From: Spirochaetia bacterium
GTDB lineage: Bacteria; Spirochaetota; Spirochaetia; SZUA-6; Bin103
Assembly (NCBI GenBank): GCA_965203905.1
Contig: CBDBDQ010000005.1
Span: 4,800,001 to 4,864,000 of the forward strand
Direction of reading: 5' to 3'
DNA length: 64,000 nt
In this document: piece by piece, positions 56,550 to 64,000 of the stretch
How positions within the stretch are numbered: position 1 is the first letter of the stretch
How the letters are laid out: every line of letters starts with the position of its first letter
Program-made: the position numbers and the translations under genes
Notes under the pieces: generated by a model
The model's database searches: none
The model's input: the letters and a program-made list of their open reading frames with translations, nothing else
Told to the model about the DNA's origin: nothing

Positions 56550-59303
56550 GTGAGCAGATTCACCGGGGATGCGCGGCTGTGGGAGATTCTCGATTCCCCC
56601 AAGGCGCGTCTGATCATCGAACGGCACGCCCCGGGGCTGCTCGGGCATGCCGACATCGCGGCCCTGTCCGAGGTCCCGTTGCGGACGCTGGTGGACAACC
56701 CGAGGCTCGGGGTTACGCCGGATCGATATGCCGCCATCGTCGAGGATCTGCGGCGGCCGCTGTCCCACGTGATCCCGGAGCTGCGCTCGCGGCGCTCCCT
56801 GGACGAGGTGGACCGCGCCGGCTTCGCTGCCGGGCCGTCGCCCCTCGACACGCCCGCCCGGCACGTCGCACTCGCGCCCGGCGCCATCGCACACCCCGAG
56901 GCCCCCCTGACCAGGCGCCTCGACGGACACTGGGAGATGGCCGCCGACGGCGAAGAGCGCTCGCGCCTGGCCGGCGCCTGGGACGACGCCATCCCCGCCG
57001 TGGTTCCGGGCAGCGTGCACGCGGCGCTGGTGGCGGCGGGCCGCCTGCCCGACCCAGCGTTCGGAACGAATCAGAAACTGGCCAGGGAGCAGAGCACCAG
57101 GACCTGGTGGTTGCGTACGGAGTTCGCCTGGGACCGCTCAGCCGGTGCCGCCAAGCTGGTCTTCGAGGGCGTGTGCAACCGCTGTACGGTGTGGCTCAAC
57201 GGCCATCGGCTCGGCGAGCACCAAGGCATGTTCGGTGGCCCATCTTTCGAGCTCGGCGCGCTGCTGGAGTCCCGCAACACGCTGGTCGTGAAGCTGGAAC
57301 CGATCCCGGCCGACCGCGAGAGCTGGACGCGGACGGTCGTCTTCAACAACGTGTACGGATGGCACTACTCGAACCTTCCCGCGCTGGGCATCTGGCGTCC
57401 GGTCCGCATCGAAGGAGTGCCGACGGTGTCGATCGCCGATCCGTTCGTGTCGACCGCCGACGCCGCGACGGGTACGGTCGACCTGGTAGTCGATTTCGAC
57501 AGCACGGCCGCGCCGTGGTCCGGAACGCTGCGCGTCACGGTGGCGCCGGAGAATTTCCAGGGAGCGGGATACTCGTTCGAGCGGCGGGTGGAGGCGGATC
57601 GACCACGGTCCCGGCGGCACTATCGGTTCACGCTGCCGGATGCCCGGCTCTGGTGGCCGGTGGATCTTGGGGAGCCCAACCTCTACCGGATGGTGGCGTC
57701 GTTGGTACCGGAGGCGGAGTCCGGCCGTCAGGGAATCGCCGATCGCCGGGGGACCGTGTTCGGCGTGCGCACGGTGGAGCAGGCGCCGCTGCCGGAGGGG
57801 CCGGCCCCCGACCTCTACGACTGGACCTTCGTCATCAACGGTCAGCCGCGATTCATCAAGGGCGCCAACTGGTGCACGTTGGATCCGCTGATGGACTTCG
57901 CGCGCGAGCGCTACGCGCGCTTCATCGACCTGGCCGTTCGGCAGCACGTGCAGATGTTCCGCCCCTGGGGCTCCGGAATGCCGGAGACGGACGACTTCTA
58001 CGACCTGTGCGACCGCAACGGCATCCTCGTGATGCAGGAATGGCCGACCGCGTGGAACAGCCACCAGACCCAGCCCTACGAAGTCCTGGAGGAGACCGTC
58101 CGGCTCAACACGCTGCGCATCAGGAACCATCCTTCGCTGGCCATGTACGGCGCCGGCAACGAGTCCTCGCAACCGTTCGGCGCCGCGATCGACATGATGG
58201 GGCGCCTGGCGGCGGAGCTGGACGGTACCCGGGCCTTCCATCGCGCCGAACCGTGGGGCGGCAGCCTGCATTACCACCTCTTCTGGAGCCGCGATCACCT
58301 GGACCGCAACCTCGGGCTCACGGCGCCGTTCCTCGGTGAGTTCGGCCTGGCGTGCAGCCCGCCGTACGAGAGCGTGCGGCGTTACCTGCCGGAGGAGGAG
58401 CGCTCGCGGTGGCCGCCGCGCGCGGACGGGGCGTTCGCCTATCACACGCCGGTCTTCAACACGCGCGACTGCATCTCGCGGCTCACCCAGTACGCGAGCT
58501 ACTTCGTGCCGGCGGACGGTACGCTCGGGGAGTACACGGTGGGTTCCCAGCTCGCGCAGGCGGTGGCGTTGCGCCATACGCTGGAACGGGCGCGGACCCG
58601 CTGGCCGGATTGCACCGGCGCACTCTACTACAAGATGAACGACAACTATCCGGCCGCCTCGTGGGCCACGGCCGACTGGTACGGGGCGCCCAAGATCGGC
58701 CACTACGCGGTCCAGGACGCTTTCGCCCCGCTGCACGCCTGCTTGCTGTTCCGCACCCTCAATTTCGTCGGCACGCCGATGCAGTTTCCGGTTTATCTGC
58801 TCGACGACGCCGATGCGTTGGCCGGCCGCGAGTGGACGGTGGTGGTGCGGGCGTTCGGCGGCGACCTGGCCGAGGTCGCGCGCGCGGAGTTCGCCGGGCG
58901 CGATGCGGTCGCGGCGCCGGCACGGCTCGGCGAATTCGAGCTGGAGTACGGCCAGACCGACTCGGTACCGCTCCTGCTGGTGAGCGAAGTGCGCCTCGGC
59001 GACGTGGTGGCGGACCGCACCTTTTACGTGGCCAACTATGAGCACGAACGCGGCTGCCTGTTCACGCTCCCGCGGACGACCGTGTCACCCGAGCTCGGCG
59101 CGGGCAGTGTTACCGTGGAGAACACGGGCTCGGTCGCGGCCATCGGTCTGACGCTCGAGCGTCCCGGTCACCTCGATTCGCTCACCGCCGGCGACGGCTG
59201 CTTCTGGCTCGATCCGGCGGAGAAACGCACGCTCGACGTCAACGTCACCGAAGGCTTGGCGCTGACCGGCTGGAACCTCGCCGACCGCGCGCCCGGAGGG
59301 TGA
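56550..59303 (+). CDS. Glycoside hydrolase family 2, beta-mannosidase-like
   Basis: AVVPGSVHAAL..AGRLPDP, GIWRPV, LWWP...GEPNLY, FIKGANW, FYDLCDRNGILVMQE, RNHPSL...AGNE, FLGEFG. Confidence 0.88.
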   Translation: MSRFTGDARLWEILDSPKARLIIERHAPGLLGHADIAALSEVPLRTLVDNPRLGVTPDRYAAIVEDLRRPLSHVIPELRSRRSLDEVDRAGFAAGPSPLDTPARHVALAPGAIAHPEAPLTRRLDGHWEMAADGEERSRLAGAWDDAIPAVVPGSVHAALVAAGRLPDPAFGTNQKLAREQSTRTWWLRTEFAWDRSAGAAKLVFEGVCNRCTVWLNGHRLGEHQGMFGGPSFELGALLESRNTLVVKLEPIPADRESWTRTVVFNNVYGWHYSNLPALGIWRPVRIEGVPTVSIADPFVSTADAATGTVDLVVDFDSTAAPWSGTLRVTVAPENFQGAGYSFERRVEADRPRSRRHYRFTLPDARLWWPVDLGEPNLYRMVASLVPEAESGRQGIADRRGTVFGVRTVEQAPLPEGPAPDLYDWTFVINGQPRFIKGANWCTLDPLMDFARERYARFIDLAVRQHVQMFRPWGSGMPETDDFYDLCDRNGILVMQEWPTAWNSHQTQPYEVLEETVRLNTLRIRNHPSLAMYGAGNESSQPFGAAIDMMGRLAAELDGTRAFHRAEPWGGSLHYHLFWSRDHLDRNLGLTAPFLGEFGLACSPPYESVRRYLPEEERSRWPPRADGAFAYHTPVFNTRDCISRLTQYASYFVPADGTLGEYTVGSQLAQAVALRHTLERARTRWPDCTGALYYKMNDNYPAASWATADWYGAPKIGHYAVQDAFAPLHACLLFRTLNFVGTPMQFPVYLLDDADALAGREWTVVVRAFGGDLAEVARAEFAGRDAVAAPARLGEFELEYGQTDSVPLLLVSEVRLGDVVADRTFYVANYEHERGCLFTLPRTTVSPELGAGSVTVENTGSVAAIGLTLERPGHLDSLTAGDGCFWLDPAEKRTLDVNVTEGLALTGWNLADRAPGG

Positions 59304-59306
59304 CCG

Positions 59307-60572
59307 GTGGCGCAGCCACGTCCCCGGCGCCACGGCGGCGGAGCGGCGGCCGGAGCCGTGGTGGAGCACCTGCGCGACTCCGAGCGCCGCCCGTCACCGG
59401 ACCTGGCGAGGATGGCCGCCTACCGTTATGGCCGTCTGCAGCGGCAGATCGCCGCTCATGACTGCGCCGCCGCGTTGCTGTGCAGCCCGATGAACGTGCG
59501 CTACGCGACCGAAACGCGCTACGCGTCGATTACCAACATGCATTCCCCGACCCGGGCGGTATTCGTGCCGGCCGGGGGAGCGGCCGTGCTCTACGACTCT
59601 GCTACCCCGCGGGCCGACTCTCCCGCCGACTTCATCGCCGAGACCCGCGATTCGCCGATCATCGCCTACTTCGTGGCCGGCGCGGCGTACGCCGAACGCA
59701 CCCGGAGGTGGGCGGCCGAGGTTGCCGCCCTGGTGCGCGGCTGCGCGGGTCGCTGCCGGCGCCTGGCCATCGACCTGGCGGAGCCGGAGCTGCTCGCGGC
59801 GCTGCAGGGCGCCGGGCTGGAGATCGTCAACGCGGAACCGCTGGTCGAGCGGGCGGCCGCCGTCAAGTCAGAGGACGAGTTGCGCTGCATCCTCGCCTCG
59901 GTGGACGTGGCCGAACGCGGCCTGGCGAGGATCCGCGGGCACTTGCGGGCCGGCATCACCGAACGCGCGCTATGGGCACATCTGCCGTACGAGAACGCAA
60001 TCCACGGCGGCGAGTGGTTCGAATATGCGATGCTGGTGTCGGGCGAACGCACCAACCCCTGGGGCAGGGAGTGCAGCGCCAAGCCGATCGTCGCGGGGGA
60101 GCTGGTCGGCGTCGACACCGGCATGATCGGTCCGTTCGGGTACGGCGCCGACGTGTCGCGGACCTTCCACTGCAAGCCGGGTACGCCGTCGGCCGAACAG
60201 CGCCGGCTGTATCGAACCGCGGTCGAGAACCTGACGTTCAATATCGAACTGCTGCGCGCAGGAATGGGGTTCCGAGAGTACGCGGAGCGGTCGTGGCCGG
60301 TCCCGGAGGAATTTCGGGCGCGGCGCTACAACTCCGTCGCGCACGGCGTCGGCATGGGCAACGAGTGGCCGCACATCCCTTTCGCCCAGGACTGGGAGGA
60401 ACACGACCCGCGGGACGGCGTATTTGCAGAGAACATGGTGCTGGCCGTCGAAACCTGCATCGGTCGCGAGGACGGCGGCGAGTGCGTCAAGCTGGAAGAC
60501 ATGGTCGTGGTCAGGAACGGCGGCTGCCAGTTGCTGTCCACGTTCCCGTTCGAAGCGGACCTGCTCAAGTGA
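59307..60572 (+). CDS. M24 metallopeptidase-fold protein, DddP-like
   Basis: NVRYAT, SGERTNPW..E, VDTG...GYGADVSRT, HGVG..EWP, LAVE, VKLED. Confidence 0.85.
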   Translation: MAQPRPRRHGGGAAAGAVVEHLRDSERRPSPDLARMAAYRYGRLQRQIAAHDCAAALLCSPMNVRYATETRYASITNMHSPTRAVFVPAGGAAVLYDSATPRADSPADFIAETRDSPIIAYFVAGAAYAERTRRWAAEVAALVRGCAGRCRRLAIDLAEPELLAALQGAGLEIVNAEPLVERAAAVKSEDELRCILASVDVAERGLARIRGHLRAGITERALWAHLPYENAIHGGEWFEYAMLVSGERTNPWGRECSAKPIVAGELVGVDTGMIGPFGYGADVSRTFHCKPGTPSAEQRRLYRTAVENLTFNIELLRAGMGFREYAERSWPVPEEFRARRYNSVAHGVGMGNEWPHIPFAQDWEEHDPRDGVFAENMVLAVETCIGREDGGECVKLEDMVVVRNGGCQLLSTFPFEADLLK

Positions 60573-60606
60573 TCTCAAACAGTTGCTGCTGCGCCCGTAG
60601 GGGTCA

Positions 60607-60637
60607 TTGACACGCGAGGACGTAATCGTCTTACTTT
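60607..60637 (+). promoter_or_regulatory. Candidate TA promoter with an operator palindrome
   Basis: TTGACA at 60607; GACG-TAAT-CGTC inverted repeat in the spacer/-10 region. Confidence 0.45.
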
Positions 60638-60659
60638 TTTTCCGAAGGAAGGTACGAAG

Positions 60660-60911
60660 ATGGCGAAGGTCAGAGTTGCCGTTTCTGTGGAGCGGGAGCT
60701 GGCCCAGCGCGCGGACGAGGTGGCACAGCGGTGGGGTACGCCGCGCAGCCGCCTGTACGCCCAGGCGCTGGAGGAATTCCTCACCAGGGCAGAGAACACG
60801 GCTCTCCTTGAGGGACTGAACGCCGCATATGCCGACTTCCCCGACGAGGAAGAGTCGGCGACTCTGAAGGGTATCCGAGCGCTACAGGGGATGTCCGCCG
60901 ATTCGTGGTAA
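60660..60911 (+). CDS. RHH antitoxin
   Basis: KVRVAVSVERELAQRADEVA...PRSRLYAQALEEFL...LN.AY. Confidence 0.85.
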   Translation: MAKVRVAVSVERELAQRADEVAQRWGTPRSRLYAQALEEFLTRAENTALLEGLNAAYADFPDEEESATLKGIRALQGMSADSW

Positions 60912-61273
60912 TACGGCAAGGCGATCTGTTCTGGGTGGATCTGGGCCAGTCGGCCGGCTCTGGGCCCGCGTTGCGGCGGCCGTTCGTCGTGATTCAGAAC
61001 GACCTGTTCAACCGCAGCCGGCTGGCCACGGTCATCGTCTGCGCGCTGACATCGAACCTGCATCGGGCCGAGGCACCGGGCAACGTTCTGGTGCCCAAGG
61101 GTGAGGGCAACCTGGCTCAAGACAGCGTAGTCAACGTGACACAGCTATTCACGATCGACAAACGGGAGCTGAAGGAACGGATTGGACGGCTGGGCGGCGC
61201 GCGCATGGCCGACGTGCTCCACGGCGTCCGTCTGGTCCTCGATCCACGCCGCACGCTGGACCCGCTCTGCTGA
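60905..61273 (+). CDS. mazF: MazF/PemK endoribonuclease toxin, intact
   Basis: IRQGDLFWVDL..SAGS.P..RRPFVVIQND.FN.S...TVIVCALTSN, DSVVNVTQLFTIDK. Confidence 0.9.
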   Translation: MVIRQGDLFWVDLGQSAGSGPALRRPFVVIQNDLFNRSRLATVIVCALTSNLHRAEAPGNVLVPKGEGNLAQDSVVNVTQLFTIDKRELKERIGRLGGARMADVLHGVRLVLDPRRTLDPLC

Positions 61274-61276
61274 AGC

Positions 61277-62314
61277 GTGATGGAACGTCTTAGGTATGGA
61301 TTGATCGGCTGCGGCGGGATCGCGCGCGGGCACCTGGGCGCCTACGGCCACCTTTTTGAGCTGGTGGCGTGCTGCGACATCCGCGAGCCGGCCGCCGCCG
61401 AATTCCAGCGGCGGTTCGGGTTCCAGCGTACCTACACCGACTTCCGCACCATGCTCGGGTCCGAGCGGCTCGACTTCGTCACCGTGTGCACCTCCACCAC
61501 CCATGACCGCCTCGACATCGTGCTCGCGTGCGCGGCCGCCGGCGTCCACCCGCTGGTGGAGAAGCCGATGGCCCTGAGCCCGGAGCAGGCGCGGCAGATG
61601 GTGGCGGCCTGCACCGCGGCCGGCGTCAAGCTCGCCGTGTCCCAGCAGTACCGCAACTTCCCGCACGTCAAGGCGGCCTGCGACCTGCTGCACTCCGGCA
61701 CCCTCGGCCGGCCGTTTGTCGGCGAGCTGCGCATGGCCCACCTGGACTGGTTCCCGCTCAAGGGGGCCAAGCCGAGCGACTACTTCGTGAAGTTCGACAA
61801 GGTGCTGCTGCTGAACGGCACCGTCCATCACTTCGACATGCTGCGCTTCCTGTTGGCCGCGGAGCCTGAGCGCATCTACACACGCGCCGGGCAGGCGCCG
61901 TTCCGCACCGCCATCGGCGAGCGCGGCGACACCTGGAGCATCTCCACGGTGGAGTTTCCGGGCTGCACCTTCCAGGTGTTCAACTCCTCCGACTGCCACG
62001 GCGGGGTGACTCAGTGGGACAGTTGGATGCACATCGAGTGCGAGCGCGGGTCGCTGTATCTCAATCCCGACGCCGACACGCCGCTGAAGGCCTACCGCGC
62101 CGACTTGAAGTCGTGGATCGTCCCCGAGTTGCCCGCCCGCGACCAGTTCCGCACCGTCGCCTGGCAGGCCACGGTGCGCCAGTTCGTGGACTGGATCGGG
62201 GGCGGGCCGGAACACCCCACCAGCGGGCGCAACAACCTGGCGACGCTGGCGCTGGTGTTCGGCGCCTACGACTCGGCCGCACGGGGAGTGCCCGTCGATC
62301 TGGGCCCGGCATGA
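61277..62314 (+). CDS. Gfo/Idh/MocA oxidoreductase
   Basis: GLIGCGGIA, LVEKPMA, LLNGTVHHFD. Confidence 0.9.
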   Translation: MMERLRYGLIGCGGIARGHLGAYGHLFELVACCDIREPAAAEFQRRFGFQRTYTDFRTMLGSERLDFVTVCTSTTHDRLDIVLACAAAGVHPLVEKPMALSPEQARQMVAACTAAGVKLAVSQQYRNFPHVKAACDLLHSGTLGRPFVGELRMAHLDWFPLKGAKPSDYFVKFDKVLLLNGTVHHFDMLRFLLAAEPERIYTRAGQAPFRTAIGERGDTWSISTVEFPGCTFQVFNSSDCHGGVTQWDSWMHIECERGSLYLNPDADTPLKAYRADLKSWIVPELPARDQFRTVAWQATVRQFVDWIGGGPEHPTSGRNNLATLALVFGAYDSAARGVPVDLGPA

Positions 62315-62387
62315 CCGCCGACCTGGTGGTCAGGAGGCTCGGGTGCCTGACGCGCCGCAACTGGCCGCTCTACGGTAAGATGCAGCG

Positions 62388-63935
62388 ATGACCGAACGCC
62401 GTCTGCCGATCGGCATGCAGACCTTCCGCAAGGTGCGGGAGCAGAACTGCTACTACGTGGACAAGACGTCATACATCAGGAGGTTGCTCCGCCACGGTAC
62501 GCACTACTTCCTCTCGCGTCCGCGCCGCTTCGGCAAGAGCCTGCTCCTGGACACGCTCAAGGAGCTGTTCGAAGGCAGCGAGTCGCTGTTCCAGGGTTTG
62601 GAGATCCACGGCCACTGGAACTGGTCGGAGCGGTTTCCCGTGCTGCGGCTCGATTTCGGCAGCGGGTACTACCTTGATCCGGCGGGGCTCCGCGAGGACG
62701 TGATGGCGCAACTGGAAGACCTTGCGGAGGAGGCGGGAGTTGTTCCCCGATACGACAGCGCCCCGATCAGGTTCCGCCACCTGATACGGACGCTCAGCCG
62801 GCAGGCCGGGCGCCCCGTGGTGGTGCTGGTCGACGAGTACGACAAGCCGATCCTGGATGCGCTGGAGCAGCCTGAGCTCGCTCAAGGCAACCGCGACTTC
62901 CTGCGCGCGCTGTATGGGGTGATCAAGTCGAGCGACGCGTACGTCCGGTTCACGTTCCTCACCGGTATCAGCAAGTTCTCCAAGGTCAACCTGTTTTCGC
63001 AATTGAACAACCTGACCGACATCACCCTGGATAGGCGCTATTCGGCGATCTGCGGGTACACGGAGCGCGATCTGGACGAGGTGTTCGCGCCCGAGCTGGC
63101 CGGTCTGGACCGGGAGCGCATCCGCGAGTGGTACAACGGCTACCGCTGGCGGGGTGCGGAGCGCGTGTACAACCCCTACGACGTGCTGCTGTTGTTCGAC
63201 TGCCGCGAGTTCAAGGCGCACTGGTTCGAGACCGGGACCCCGGCGTTTCTGGTTTCGACCCTGTTCAAGCGTCGCGTTTCTTCCGTGTCACTGGACGACA
63301 TGGCGAGCCCCGGCGACCTGCTGTCGACCTTCGACGTCGGCAACATCAGCACCGAAGCACTGCTGTTCCAGACCGGCTACCTGACGATCACCGGCGAGGG
63401 GGAGTTGGGCGGCGAGGCGCTGTATCGGCTGGGCTACCCCAACCGGGAGGTGCGCCAGAGCCTGAACCGGAGCCTGTTGCGCCACCTGGTACAGGATGCG
63501 ACGCGACAGACCGCCAACAGCACGCGTCTCGCCAGCCTGCTGGAGGCAAATGACTGCGCGGGGCTCAAGGAACTGTTCCACGCCTTCTTCGCCAGTATCC
63601 CCTACGAATGGTACACGAACAATGACATCGCCGCCTACGAGGGCTTCTACGCGAGCGTGTTCTACTCCTACTTCGCGGCGCTGGGCTACGAGATCGCGGT
63701 CGAAGAGAGCAGCAGCCACGGACGCCTGGACATGGCGGTCCGGGCCGCCGGCCACGTCTACCTGTTTGAGTTCAAGGTCGCCGAGCTGTCGCCGCCCGGG
63801 TCAGCGTTGCGGCAGTTGCAGGAGCGGCGCTACGCGGACAAGTACCGTGATCGCGGCGAACCGATCCACCTGATCGGCGTCGAGTTCAGCCGCGAATCAC
63901 GCAACATCACCGCCTTCGAAGCGGCGCCCGGATAG
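62388..63935 (+). CDS. AAA-ATPase-like protein with a C-terminal PD-(D/E)XK (DUF1703-type) nuclease domain
   Basis: LPIGMQTF, YYVDKT, SRPRRFGKSL, LVDEYDKP, YNGY, YNPY, GRLDM...YLFEFK...ALRQL...Y. Confidence 0.92.
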   Translation: MTERRLPIGMQTFRKVREQNCYYVDKTSYIRRLLRHGTHYFLSRPRRFGKSLLLDTLKELFEGSESLFQGLEIHGHWNWSERFPVLRLDFGSGYYLDPAGLREDVMAQLEDLAEEAGVVPRYDSAPIRFRHLIRTLSRQAGRPVVVLVDEYDKPILDALEQPELAQGNRDFLRALYGVIKSSDAYVRFTFLTGISKFSKVNLFSQLNNLTDITLDRRYSAICGYTERDLDEVFAPELAGLDRERIREWYNGYRWRGAERVYNPYDVLLLFDCREFKAHWFETGTPAFLVSTLFKRRVSSVSLDDMASPGDLLSTFDVGNISTEALLFQTGYLTITGEGELGGEALYRLGYPNREVRQSLNRSLLRHLVQDATRQTANSTRLASLLEANDCAGLKELFHAFFASIPYEWYTNNDIAAYEGFYASVFYSYFAALGYEIAVEESSSHGRLDMAVRAAGHVYLFEFKVAELSPPGSALRQLQERRYADKYRDRGEPIHLIGVEFSRESRNITAFEAAPG

Positions 63936-64000
63936 CCTGCAGCCGCGCTGACGGCCTTGTATTCCTGCTTTTCGGGCGTGCTTGACATCGGCATCGGCCT

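Overview
GC-rich bacterial window with no rRNA, tRNA or CRISPR array visible. The signal-peptide style of the solute-binding proteins and the expanded AAA-ATPase, HNH and toxin-antitoxin (TA) families suggest a host-associated Spirochaetota-like genome, but this is weak inference. Bases 1-~17,207 look like the right part of an integrated defence island. It carries a tyrosine-recombinase N-terminus, an NspV-like type II R-M pair, and a DUF499 ATPase / small gene / DUF1156 methyltransferase / PLD-SNF2 helicase (restriction-like, BREX-related) operon. That operon has an ApeA-like HEPN gene inside it and a RES gene behind it, followed by a frameshifted AlpA and an AT-rich end that cuts an HNH gene. 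The rest holds sugar and peptide ABC importers, catabolic enzymes, AIPR, AAA/PD-(D/E)XK genes, many intact or eroded TA modules, ISKra4-like relics and a 3'-truncated group II intron. The most unusual non-coding signal is a repeated leader upstream of peptide-binding-protein genes. It contains an 11-codon uORF (MxLKEPHARAA) overlapping conserved interlocking RNA stems, and it is also the intron insertion site. All family calls come from motif recognition by eye; no searches were run.
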